Sequence record: NC_048047.1
Reading direction: 5' to 3' (one strand)
Length of the DNA: 64,000 nt
Position 1 is the stretch's first letter. The number at the start of each line of letters is the position of its first letter. Under the pieces are notes generated by a model. It saw nothing but the letters and a program-made list of their open reading frames with translations. It did not search any database and was not told the DNA's origin. The position numbers and the translations under genes are program-made. Below are positions 1 to 8,893 of the stretch, one piece after another.

Positions 1-2
1 CC

Positions 3-365
3 GACATCGTCTCGTTCGAGAACGCCGTGGCCGGCATGGTCGCCAAGGACACCACGCAAAACCAGTTCGACGCCATGGTCGCCTTTGCGTTCAACGTGGG
101 CAAGACGGGCCTGTCCAAGTCGTCGCTGCTGCGGCTCCACAACGCCGGCAAGCGCGCCGTGGGCACGCTCGACGTCGCCAACCTGATCGCCACCTCCAAG
201 GCTCAGAAGGCGCCGACCAACATCCCGCAAGGCTTCACCTCCTGGTCGTATGCGGCCAAGAAGTGGACCCGTGGCCTGTTCCGTCGCCGCTGCTCCGAAG
301 CCCTGGTCTATGGCGGCATGCCCGGCGCCCAGGCCTTCAAGCAGGTCCAGGCCTATGCCGCCTAA
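3..365 (+). CDS. Endolysin, phage lysozyme (GH24-like), 5' truncated by window edge
   Basis: C-terminal lysozyme motifs 'QNQFDAMVAFAFNVG' and 'GLFRRRCSE'; first gene of a lysis cassette. Confidence 0.85.
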   Translation, partial: DIVSFENAVAGMVAKDTTQNQFDAMVAFAFNVGKTGLSKSSLLRLHNAGKRAVGTLDVANLIATSKAQKAPTNIPQGFTSWSYAAKKWTRGLFRRRCSEALVYGGMPGAQAFKQVQAYAA

Positions 366-372
366 CCGCCGC

Positions 373-666
373 CTGAGCGAGAATTCGGTCAGCCGTGTTC
401 GCCGGGCGATCTTCGCCTTCTTCCTGACGCTGCTCTGCTGGGCCAGCATCATGACTCTGGCGCGCTTCCCGGTCCCGGTCAACCAGGAGATCGTCAACAA
501 GGCGATCGACACCCTGGGCTTCTTCGCCACCGCCATCGGTCTGGGCTACATTGGTGGCTCTGTCGTCGACTTCTCGGGAATGTTCAGCGCGATCGGCGGC
601 AAGTTCGGCATCAGCATCCCGCAGGCCCAGCCCCAACCCCGCAACGACGAGATCGGAGGCGTCTAA
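373..666 (+). CDS. Putative holin (2 TM segments); start uncertain
   Basis: Small protein with two hydrophobic stretches between endolysin and spanins. Confidence 0.5.
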   Translation: MSENSVSRVRRAIFAFFLTLLCWASIMTLARFPVPVNQEIVNKAIDTLGFFATAIGLGYIGGSVVDFSGMFSAIGGKFGISIPQAQPQPRNDEIGGV

Positions 667-1196
667 TGCTTGGCTTCCTCTTTGGACACTTCGATCTCCT
701 GGGATTCATCTTCGGGCATCCGAAGGTGATCCTAGGCGTCATCGTCCTGGCCTTGGCCGCCGGCCTGATCATCTTCAAGGGCGCGTTTCTGAAGTTCATC
801 ACCAACGCCCGCGTGCTGTTGGTGATCGCCGTCGCCGTCGGCGTCCTGTCGGTGGCGAGCGTCAGGCGGGACATGGCCACGCTTGAAGCCAAGAACGCCC
901 ATTTGACCGAGCAGGTCCAGGCCGTCACCGACGGCGCCAAGGCCGTCACCCATAAATCCGAGGCGCAGCGCGTGAACGCCCAAAACACCGCGCGCCTGCA
1001 CGAGGTAATTTCCCATGCAAAGCCCGACCAAGCCCTCGACGACGTCCTCGACGAGATCGCCCTTCAGCAAGGCCAGAACGTCCCTGGCGGCGCTGGCGGT
1101 GATCCTGTCGCTCAGCCTGTCGGCGTGCGCAACGACGTCCCAGCCGCCCATCAGCCCGGAAGCATTGATCCCAACGACATTGACCGTCTGCGCTGA
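666..1196 (+). CDS. Inner-membrane spanin (Rz-like)
   Basis: N-terminal hydrophobic segments then predicted coiled coil; overlaps a lipoprotein gene in another frame. Confidence 0.75.
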   Translation: MLGFLFGHFDLLGFIFGHPKVILGVIVLALAAGLIIFKGAFLKFITNARVLLVIAVAVGVLSVASVRRDMATLEAKNAHLTEQVQAVTDGAKAVTHKSEAQRVNAQNTARLHEVISHAKPDQALDDVLDEIALQQGQNVPGGAGGDPVAQPVGVRNDVPAAHQPGSIDPNDIDRLR

Positions 1197-1401
1197 CGCG
1201 CCGAAGGTCCCTGAACGGATCAGCCCCGGTGAACCGCGTTCCGACGCGGCCCAGGCCAACTACGTCGTGGGCCTCTATGACGCCTACAAGGACTGCAAGT
1301 CCACCGTTGAGGCCGTCAAGGTCCGACGCCAGTCCCTGGATCAGCGCGAGTTCGAGGCCAAGCCCTGGTACCAACGCCTGTTCAAGAAGGCGCCCAAATG
1401 A
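1015..1401 (+). CDS. Outer-membrane spanin lipoprotein (Rz1-like)
   Basis: Signal peptide with lipobox 'LSLSAC', Pro-rich mature region, overlaps 3' part of the i-spanin gene. Confidence 0.8.
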   Translation: MQSPTKPSTTSSTRSPFSKARTSLAALAVILSLSLSACATTSQPPISPEALIPTTLTVCADAPKVPERISPGEPRSDAAQANYVVGLYDAYKDCKSTVEAVKVRRQSLDQREFEAKPWYQRLFKKAPK

Positions 1402-1730
1402 TCCCGCATCTCCGACAAGACCCTGACGATCTCCTGGCGCGCATCGCTGCACTGGAGGCCGAGGTCGAGAAGCTGAAGAACGCCCTGTTCCTCCGCCATC
1501 CCGACCCCGTGATCCCGCTGCCGGCCCGGCCGATCCCCTCGCCCATGGTGCCATACACGCCCCAACCGTTCGATTATCCGACGGTCGTGCCGATGACGCC
1601 CATGGTGCCGCTACAGCCGGGCTTCCCCAACTACCCGTCGTATCCGAGTCTGGACCCGACGACGCCTTACGCGCCCTGGCTCACGCCCATCACCATCTGC
1701 GCGGCCACCAGCGCCTCGGACGCGGCGTAG
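1398..1730 (+). CDS. Hypothetical protein, short coiled coil plus Pro-rich tail
   Basis: ATGA overlap with the spanin stop; no recognised motif. Confidence 0.55.
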   Translation: MIPHLRQDPDDLLARIAALEAEVEKLKNALFLRHPDPVIPLPARPIPSPMVPYTPQPFDYPTVVPMTPMVPLQPGFPNYPSYPSLDPTTPYAPWLTPITICAATSASDAA

Positions 1731-2722
1731 GCCGCGCCCCGCGCTTCGATCGCCTTCAGATAGTCCTCGCCGGTCAGGAAGACTTCGACGTTTTCCTGGT
1801 CGTCGCCCTTTTTGATGTCCTTCATGTTGGACTTCAGGACCGACGCGTGTTTGGTCAGCATATCCATCTCGCCGGAGCCGTCGCGCTTGATGACCTCCGT
1901 GCGGACGGCGCCGGCGGTCTTGCGGACGTCTTCGATCGGGCGGTCGATCAGGACGTAGGCCACCTTGACGCCCTTGGGCGCCAATTTGGCGAGCGCCACG
2001 CGGTCGGCGCGCCGGATGTTGGTGGCGTCCACCACCGTCGGCAGTCCGCCTTCCATACGCGCCCCAACCACCTTATGGACAGCGGCAAAGACAGCCGCGT
2101 TGCGGTCCTGGATGTGCGGTGAGCCGGTCAAGAGCCGACGAAAAGCGTCCGACGCGACGATGGTCGCCGGATCGAAGTGCCGACTGGCGAAGGTCGACTT
2201 GCCCGCGCCCGAAATCCCGATGATCACCGTGAGCAGCGGCACACCGCCGTCGACATAGACGCCGTAGGGCCGAACCATCGGCGGTTCGTCAAAATCACCC
2301 GGCGCGACCTGGAAGCAAGCCACGCCATTGGCGCGCCACATGTCGACGACCTTCTGGCGATCATCGAAGATCGCGTCAGGCTCGTTGCCCAGGGCGCGCT
2401 CCTCCAGCAACCAGGACAGCTTCAGCTTCTCGTCGGGCGTGTTGTCGCCTTCGACGCGCATGCGCTTGAGGTGGATTCGATCGATGCCTTCGGCTTCCAG
2501 CCAGACCGCCGATTTCTCGAAGACGATGTCGCTGCGGCCCGACCAGATTTCAACACGGTGGCCGGCGCGGATCAGGTCTTTCATGACGTTGAGCACGGCA
2601 TGGACCGGCTCGTCCCGGTCGCAGGCCTGGAAGAACTCGTCCCACTTCTTCATCGCCACCAGATGGCGACGATGATCGATCCAGGCGATCGTGCCGTCGA
2701 AATCGAAGATGTAGTAGCCCAC
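1667..2722 (-). CDS. Polynucleotide 3'-phosphatase (HAD) / 5'-kinase fusion, phosphatase first
   Basis: N-terminal HAD motifs 'IFDFDGT' and 'IFDDR'; C-terminal P-loop 'GISGAGKST' and 'VVDATN'; AGGAG RBS before GTG. Confidence 0.85.
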   Translation of the reverse strand: MGYYIFDFDGTIAWIDHRRHLVAMKKWDEFFQACDRDEPVHAVLNVMKDLIRAGHRVEIWSGRSDIVFEKSAVWLEAEGIDRIHLKRMRVEGDNTPDEKLKLSWLLEERALGNEPDAIFDDRQKVVDMWRANGVACFQVAPGDFDEPPMVRPYGVYVDGGVPLLTVIIGISGAGKSTFASRHFDPATIVASDAFRRLLTGSPHIQDRNAAVFAAVHKVVGARMEGGLPTVVDATNIRRADRVALAKLAPKGVKVAYVLIDRPIEDVRKTAGAVRTEVIKRDGSGEMDMLTKHASVLKSNMKDIKKGDDQENVEVFLTGEDYLKAIEARGAAYAASEALVAAQMVMGVSQGA

Positions 2723-2870
2723 GCCCGTCTCCTATGAGGTTTGGCCGGGACATTATCCACGACACGGACACACGTCAACGAAAACCGTGGCGCATTTCTT
2801 GACACGGTGACGTGGATCGTGACATGGACGTGCCATGCTCCTCTCACCCGCCGTCCGCAAGGACCCGTCC

Positions 2871-3476
2871 ATGCTCGGGCAGCAGCATTATGCGCGCTCT
2901 GAGCATGATCACTATCCCACGCCGCCTAAGGCGACCCAGGCGTTCCTCGACCATCCCTATGTCGCTTCCCTGATCGCCGACCGCGTGATCTGGGAGCCGG
3001 CGTGTGGAAACGGGGCCATCGTTAAGGTTATCGCCCCGCAGGTCCGCGCCACCTATGCCACCGATTTGGTGGTCTATCCAGGCGACTTCGAGCCGGATGG
3101 CCTGGGAGACTTCTACGCCATCAAGGACCTTCAACGAGACCTGTCCTTGGTGGTGGGCAGGACCATCGAAGCCCCCGACGGCATCGTCACCAACCCACCG
3201 TACGGCAAGGACGCCGAGCGCTTCGCCCGTCACGCGCTCGAACTGATGCGCCCCGTTGGTGGCTTCGTGGCCATGTTGTGCCGGCACGAATGGGACGCGG
3301 CCAAGGGTCGTAAGGACCTTTTCGACAGTCCCGCCTTCGCCGCCAAGATCACCCTGCGCTTTCGTCCGCGCTGGTTCGAGAACACCACCGGCGCGCCGCG
3401 CCACTCGTATGCTTGGTACGTCTGGTCCTGGGCCAAAGACGCTGCCACGCCCCCGATGACCCTTTACGCAGGCTGA
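2871..3476 (+). CDS. DNA amino-methyltransferase (N6-adenine/N4-cytosine type)
   Basis: Motif I 'WEPACGNG', motif IV 'TNPPY'; AAGGA RBS before ATG 2871. Confidence 0.8.
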   Translation: MLGQQHYARSEHDHYPTPPKATQAFLDHPYVASLIADRVIWEPACGNGAIVKVIAPQVRATYATDLVVYPGDFEPDGLGDFYAIKDLQRDLSLVVGRTIEAPDGIVTNPPYGKDAERFARHALELMRPVGGFVAMLCRHEWDAAKGRKDLFDSPAFAAKITLRFRPRWFENTTGAPRHSYAWYVWSWAKDAATPPMTLYAG

Positions 3477-3482
3477 GTACCC

Positions 3483-5375
3483 ATGGGCTGGCTTTACCCC
3501 CAATACGACCAAGAACCGGCGCCTGAGCCGCGTGAGTACACCGAAGCCGAGGCGCTCGCCGCGCGGACCCGCATGGAGGAAGCCCGTGTGGAACGCGCCG
3601 AGGAAATCCTGGACTGGCTGACGAACGGCCCCAACCATCATCGCCCTAGCGAAGCTGAAGTCGCCGCTGCTGAGACCCCTTCGGTGGAAGACGCCCCGCG
3701 CAAGGTCAAGCTCGAAGGCCTGACCCTCACCGAACTCGCCTCCCTGGCGCACACCGAAATCCTCGCCCTGGTCAAGAAGGCCGGCGGCCAGCGTGCCTTT
3801 GCACGCAAGACCGGTATCCCGCGCACCACACTGCAAGGCTACCTCAACAAGTCCCGCGAGGACCCGTTCGGCCACCGCCCCGCCCCCGAGCCGGTCGAGA
3901 TGATCACCGACTTTGGTCCGGCGATGCGTCGTGTGGTGCGTCGGTTCATCCTGACCTCGGCCCAGGACGGCACCAAGGTCCACGAGCCGTTCCTACGCAA
4001 CCTGGAGGCCTATGTCTCCTACCTCAACACGGACGAGGGCGACACCTGCGAACTCTTCGTCGCCGGCTTCACCTACAACAAGTCGCTGTTCGAAGATCAC
4101 TCCAAGCAGAAGGTCTTCTGGCCTGAGTCGATCAAGAAGTACATGCGCGACGAGCGCCTGCGCTTCAACGATCGCGTCGACTTCTGCGCCGAGATGAACA
4201 CCCTGCCGACCGCCGTCTCGCCGCTCTCGGGCTTCGATGGCTACACCCATGACAAGTGGGGCATCTTCCCCCATCCCAAGGTGCAGTTGGTCTCGGTGCC
4301 GACCATGGCCCACAAGCCGGCCAAGATGAACATGACCACCGGCGCGGTGACCATGCCCAACTATGTGCCCAAGAAGGCCGGGCTCAAGGCGGCGTTCCAC
4401 CACATCATCGGCGCGGTGATCCTGGAGATGGACGTGCGTGGCCGGTTCTTCTGCCGCCACCTGATCGCCGACGAGGCCGATGGCAGCTTCTACGATCTGG
4501 ACCGCTTCGTCTTCGACGGCGAGGTCACCACGGGCCATCGCGCCCGCGCCCTGACCCCCGGCGACGTCCACGTCTTCCAGATCGATCCGATGGTCTCGGC
4601 CGTCACCTTCGGCATGTCGCCGACGACGATCGAGCATGAGGAACACGGCCGCGTCTGGGAAGCGACCGATCAGGTCTCGATCGTCGATCGCCTGCGCCCC
4701 GAGTATCTCTTCATCCACGACGTGTGTGACTTCAGGGTTCGCAACCACCACTCGATCGCCGACCCGCTCGATCGCTTCCGCCTGTTCGTCGACGGCACCG
4801 AGTCGGTCGAGGACGAGTTGAAGGAGGTGGCGTTCTTCCTGTCGACCGTGGGCCGCGAGGACATGCAGACCGTGGTGGTCGAGAGCAACCACGATCTGGC
4901 GCTCAAGAAGTGGCTCAACACCGCCGACTACCGCCATGACCCGGTCAACGCCCTTTTCTTCCTGCGCTGCCAGACGGCCTCCTACGAGGCTGTGGCCAAC
5001 CGCGTCGATCACTTCTCGATCTTCGAGCACGTGATGAAGACGTCGTTCGCCGAGTACGACTGCCAGGACGTCGTCTTTCTGCGTGAGGACGACACCTTCG
5101 TGGTCGACGGCGTCGAGATGGCCAACCACGGCCACAACGGAGCCAACGGCTCTCGCGGCAACATCAAGCAGTTCTCCAAGGTCGCCTCCAAGGTGACGAT
5201 CGGGCACTCGCACTCGGCCGGCATCAACGACGGCGCGGTCCAGACCGGGACCTCGACCAAGATGAAGCTCGGCTACAACAAGGGGCCGGGCTCCTGGTCC
5301 TGGTCGCATGCGCTCCAATACCAGAACGGCAAGCGCACCTTGCTGACCATCCAAGACGGCCTCGCCTATCTGTGA
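3483..5375 (+). CDS. HTH plus calcineurin-like metallophosphoesterase phage protein
   Basis: 'GDVH', 'HDVCD', 'ESNHD', 'NHGH', 'GHSH' motifs in order; N-terminal HTH-like 'GGQRAFARKTGIPRTTLQGYL'. Confidence 0.65.
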   Translation: MGWLYPQYDQEPAPEPREYTEAEALAARTRMEEARVERAEEILDWLTNGPNHHRPSEAEVAAAETPSVEDAPRKVKLEGLTLTELASLAHTEILALVKKAGGQRAFARKTGIPRTTLQGYLNKSREDPFGHRPAPEPVEMITDFGPAMRRVVRRFILTSAQDGTKVHEPFLRNLEAYVSYLNTDEGDTCELFVAGFTYNKSLFEDHSKQKVFWPESIKKYMRDERLRFNDRVDFCAEMNTLPTAVSPLSGFDGYTHDKWGIFPHPKVQLVSVPTMAHKPAKMNMTTGAVTMPNYVPKKAGLKAAFHHIIGAVILEMDVRGRFFCRHLIADEADGSFYDLDRFVFDGEVTTGHRARALTPGDVHVFQIDPMVSAVTFGMSPTTIEHEEHGRVWEATDQVSIVDRLRPEYLFIHDVCDFRVRNHHSIADPLDRFRLFVDGTESVEDELKEVAFFLSTVGREDMQTVVVESNHDLALKKWLNTADYRHDPVNALFFLRCQTASYEAVANRVDHFSIFEHVMKTSFAEYDCQDVVFLREDDTFVVDGVEMANHGHNGANGSRGNIKQFSKVASKVTIGHSHSAGINDGAVQTGTSTKMKLGYNKGPGSWSWSHALQYQNGKRTLLTIQDGLAYL

Positions 5376-5395
5376 CGTTATTCTTGACATGGACG

Positions 5396-5403
5396 TTAAC
5401 CAT
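5396..5403 (+). promoter_or_regulatory. CtrA-type TTAACCAT box (representative copy)
   Basis: Exact TTAACCAT at 5396, 8862, 16397, 19025 and 30746, all intergenic near TTGAC -35 boxes. Confidence 0.6.
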
Positions 5404-5438
5404 GTCATGAATGGCGTCACCAAAGCCCCCGGACATCC

Positions 5439-6425
5439 ATGACCTTTCGCTACCTGACGACCTGCTCGGGCGTCGAGGCGGTGACGCTCGGCTGGGCGCC
5501 GCTCGGCGCCCGCGCCGTCGCCTATTCCGACTACGATCCCGACAACGACTTCCCCTCGCGCTTCCTCAAGGAGCGCTTCCCAGAAACCCCCAACCTCGGC
5601 GACATGCTGAAGATCGACGGCCGGCTCTGGCGCGGCCGGGTCGATGTGCTCTGGGGCTCCACGCCTTGCCAGAGCTTCAGCCTCGGCGGTCTGCGTAAGG
5701 GCATCAAGGACCCTCGCGGCGCCCTGACCCCCGCCCTGGTTGGCCTCGCCAACGAAATCGCCCCCAAGGTTCTCTGCTGGGAGAACGTCGATGGGGTCCT
5801 CACCGACGGAGACAACGCTTTTGGATGCTTTCTCGCAGCGCTGGCCGGAAGCGATACTGTCCTCGTCGCTCCAGGGAACAAATGGCCAAGTGCAGGTTAC
5901 GTTGTTGGACCCGAACGCCGTGTTGCGTGGCGACTCCTCGATGCCAAACACTTCTTCCTCCCCCAGCAGCGCCGGCGAGTGTTCCTTGTCGCGTGCCCTG
6001 TTGACGGACCCGATCCCCGAGAAGTTCTATTTGAAGGCTTCGCGCCTTTCGACACTCTTGGCGAACGCCGAGAAAGCTGGGCGCCAGTTGTCGAGCGCCG
6101 CGATGTCAGCGCTGACGCTTACGCCTGCGCGATCCGAGGCCGCAAGCACGGGCAGCAGTTCGAGCAAGGCGGCCTGATCGCCAACTGCCTGCGCGCCAGC
6201 CAGGGCGGCTCCGACAAGCCTCAGGTGCTTGCCAAGGAGGCCGGCGAGCAGTGGCGGGTGCGCAACATGACCCCGGTCGAGGCCGAGCGGTGCATGGGCA
6301 TGCCCGATGACTGGACCCTGATTACGGGCGCCTCCGACAGTGATCGCTACCACGCGATCGGCAACAGCCTCGCCGTCCCCTGCGTCCGCTACATCGGCGA
6401 ACGCCTCCTCAAAGTGCTCGGGTAA
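5439..6425 (+). CDS. DNA cytosine-5 methyltransferase
   Basis: Motif I 'CSGVEA', IV 'STPCQSFS', VI 'WENV', VIII 'QQRRRV', IX 'TPVEAERCMG', X 'IGNS'. Confidence 0.92.
   Translation: MTFRYLTTCSGVEAVTLGWAPLGARAVAYSDYDPDNDFPSRFLKERFPETPNLGDMLKIDGRLWRGRVDVLWGSTPCQSFSLGGLRKGIKDPRGALTPALVGLANEIAPKVLCWENVDGVLTDGDNAFGCFLAALAGSDTVLVAPGNKWPSAGYVVGPERRVAWRLLDAKHFFLPQQRRRVFLVACPVDGPDPREVLFEGFAPFDTLGERRESWAPVVERRDVSADAYACAIRGRKHGQQFEQGGLIANCLRASQGGSDKPQVLAKEAGEQWRVRNMTPVEAERCMGMPDDWTLITGASDSDRYHAIGNSLAVPCVRYIGERLLKVLG
5791..6177 (+). CDS. Putative +1-frame polypeptide nested in the C5-MTase gene (M.EcoHK31I beta-like)
   Basis: Open +1 frame with GGGAG RBS 7 nt before ATG 5791; contains 'CSLSRALLTDPIPEKFYL...AEKAGRQL'; main-frame codons lose GC3 bias over much of the overlap. 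Confidence 0.6.
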   Translation: MGSSPTETTLLDAFSQRWPEAILSSSLQGTNGQVQVTLLDPNAVLRGDSSMPNTSSSPSSAGECSLSRALLTDPIPEKFYLKASRLSTLLANAEKAGRQLSSAAMSALTLTPARSEAASTGSSSSKAA

Positions 6426-6522
6426 GACGCACCCCGTCAACCCGGCCTCCTGGTGCTGCTGAAGCGCCGACACCTGCCTATCCGCGATGGAAATGCGCGG
6501 CCCTGGGCCTGGAGCCAAGACC

Positions 6523-8799
6523 ATGAAACTGCGCCGCCGCCGGCTCATCTGGGACATCGAAACCGATGGCCTGCTTCACGAACTGACTCGCGTTCACGTC
6601 CTGACGATCCGCGACATCGACACCCGGCAGACCTACATCTTCCGCCGCAACGACGTGATGGACAACATCCGCGACGGCCTGAAGATGCTCAACGAGGCTG
6701 ACCTGATCGTTGGCCACAACATCATCGGGTTCGACAACTACGCGCTGTGGAAGGTCTACGGCGACGAGTACAATCCCCAAGGCACCATGCGCGACACGCT
6801 GATCATGTCGCGCATGCTCTACTCGCAGATCAAGGACGACGACTTCCGCCTGTGGAAGCGCGGTACCCTGCCCGGCGAGTATATCGGCAGCCACACCCTG
6901 GGCGCCTGGGGCGCCCGTCTGGGCTTTCCCAAGGACGATTACGCCGCCCGTCGCAAGGCCGAGGCGACCGAGAACTGGCAGACGGTCTGGGGTCTGCCCG
7001 ACCAGTTCGACAACAACCTGAAGTCCTACATCCACTGGTACACCTGGGCCAACTGGAACCAGGACATGGAAGACTACGGCGCCCAGGACCTGGACCCGAC
7101 TGAGGCCTTGTGGCTGAAGATGGAAAAGGTCGAGTGGTCCGAGGACGCCACGATCCTGGAGCACATGATCTGCGACCTGATGGCGCGGGTCGAGCAGAAC
7201 GGCATCAATTTCGACCGTACCCTGGCCCTCCAGATGGAGGCCGAACTTCGCGCCGAGTATGACGCCAAGACCAAGGAAGCTATCGAGCACTTCGGCAAGT
7301 GGTTCACCGCCACCAAGTGGCGCAAGGGCGAGCCGCCGCGTCACGAGTACGGCGAGGACGACAGTCGTTTGAACTGGGGCGAGGTCACCGTCCCCAAGCG
7401 GTCGATCAAGTTCAAGGACCCCATGTCCAAGGGCGGCGACAAGACCGAAGGCTGCGCCTACTGCCCGATCGTTCTGAAGGAGTTCAACCCCAACTCGCGT
7501 CCCATGATCGTCAACCGGTTGGAGACGATCTACGAGTGGGTGCCGGAGCGCTTCACCGAGAAGAACACGCCCATCGTCGACGACGAGGTGCTGCGTAACC
7601 TTGGCCTGACGATCCCGATTTGCGTCGAACTGGCCGAAATCTTCTACTACAAGAAGCGCCTGGGCCAGCTAGCCGATGGCGCGGAGTCCTGGCTGCACAA
7701 CTGCGATGACGAAGGTCGCATCCACGCCCGGATCAATCCGGGCGGCACGGTGACAAACCGGGCCAGCCACTCCAAGCCCAACATCGCCCAGGTCCCCCGC
7801 GTCGTCTACAAGAAGCTCCTGCAATGGCAGGAGGAAAACGTCACGATCCGCTGGATCGGTGGCAAGATCGCCTACGGCGTCGAGAAGATCGACAAGCGCT
7901 CCGGCGAGAAGTTCTACGACCAGAACCTCACGCCGCTGCTCGATCCCGATGGTCAGCAGTTCGTCGGCGTGCCCGTACGCGACAAGGAGACCGGCGAGTA
8001 CGTCCTGGACCGCGACGGCACGATCAAGACCAAGCCGACCCTGCTGAAGGGCCGCGCCGGCGATCACGGCTGGGACAGCCGCAATCTCTTCATGGTGCCC
8101 GAAGGATGGGTGCTGATGGGCGCCGACCAGAAGGGGATCGAGCTTCGCGCCCTGGCCCACTTCATGTGGGAGTTCGATGACGGCGAATATGCCCAAATCC
8201 TGCTCGAAGCCGACATCCACGACGCCCACACCGCCGCCATGGGCCTGGACTCGCGGGACAAGGCCAAGACGTTCATTTACGCGATGATCTACGGGGCGCA
8301 GGACTTCAAGCTCGGGGTCACCATCGACCCGACGCTCGAAAACTACCCCACCAAGGCCAAGGCCCTGGGCGCCCAGATGCGCGAGCGTCTGATGTCCAGA
8401 TATCCCGCCTTGCGTAAGCTGATCAAGTCGGTGCAGCGCACGGCCAAGAAGGGCTATGTCGACGCCCTGGATGGACGTCAACTGTTCGTCCGGGCCAAGC
8501 ACAGCGCGCTCAACACCCTGCTGCAAGGCGCGGGCGCGACCCTGGCCAAAATCTGGTGCGTCTCGTTCGAGTCGTTCATGGAAGAGGCCGGCTTCAAGCA
8601 TGGTTGGGATGGCGATTTCGTCATCCTGGCGTGGATTCACGACGAACTCCAGGTCGCCGTGCGTGACGATCCGGCCGTCAAGATCGCCGCAGAGCGCTAC
8701 ATCACCGAGGCCGCCACCTACTCCGGCGAGCGCGTCAATTTCCGCCTGCCGGTCGAGATCGACGTCAAGTGGGGCACGCGCTGGAGCCATACCCACTAA
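6523..8799 (+). CDS. DNA polymerase family A, T7-like, with 3'-5' exonuclease
   Basis: ExoI 'WDIETDG', ExoII 'GHNIIGFD', motif A 'DQKGIELR', B 'KTFIYAMIYG', C 'IHDELQ'. Confidence 0.97.
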   Translation: MKLRRRRLIWDIETDGLLHELTRVHVLTIRDIDTRQTYIFRRNDVMDNIRDGLKMLNEADLIVGHNIIGFDNYALWKVYGDEYNPQGTMRDTLIMSRMLYSQIKDDDFRLWKRGTLPGEYIGSHTLGAWGARLGFPKDDYAARRKAEATENWQTVWGLPDQFDNNLKSYIHWYTWANWNQDMEDYGAQDLDPTEALWLKMEKVEWSEDATILEHMICDLMARVEQNGINFDRTLALQMEAELRAEYDAKTKEAIEHFGKWFTATKWRKGEPPRHEYGEDDSRLNWGEVTVPKRSIKFKDPMSKGGDKTEGCAYCPIVLKEFNPNSRPMIVNRLETIYEWVPERFTEKNTPIVDDEVLRNLGLTIPICVELAEIFYYKKRLGQLADGAESWLHNCDDEGRIHARINPGGTVTNRASHSKPNIAQVPRVVYKKLLQWQEENVTIRWIGGKIAYGVEKIDKRSGEKFYDQNLTPLLDPDGQQFVGVPVRDKETGEYVLDRDGTIKTKPTLLKGRAGDHGWDSRNLFMVPEGWVLMGADQKGIELRALAHFMWEFDDGEYAQILLEADIHDAHTAAMGLDSRDKAKTFIYAMIYGAQDFKLGVTIDPTLENYPTKAKALGAQMRERLMSRYPALRKLIKSVQRTAKKGYVDALDGRQLFVRAKHSALNTLLQGAGATLAKIWCVSFESFMEEAGFKHGWDGDFVILAWIHDELQVAVRDDPAVKIAAERYITEAATYSGERVNFRLPVEIDVKWGTRWSHTH

Positions 8800-8814
8800 G
8801 GCTTCGTGGCGCCA

Positions 8815-8843
8815 AAAATATCCTGTGACGCAATTCTTGACAC
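8815..8843 (+). promoter_or_regulatory. GTGACG-N4-TCTTGACA promoter class (representative copy)
   Basis: 28/29-nt identity with 33333-33361; related copies at 2787, 5372, 16356, 19006 and 30761-30777 (- strand). Confidence 0.75.
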
Positions 8844-8893
8844 CGTCTCAGGCCTCCTCTATTAACCATGACAACGGGAAGGGGCTGACGCCC

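Noticed and set aside
666-1401. Overlapping reading frames in the lysis cassette as a novelty
   Set aside because: Overlapped i-/o-spanin architecture is well known.
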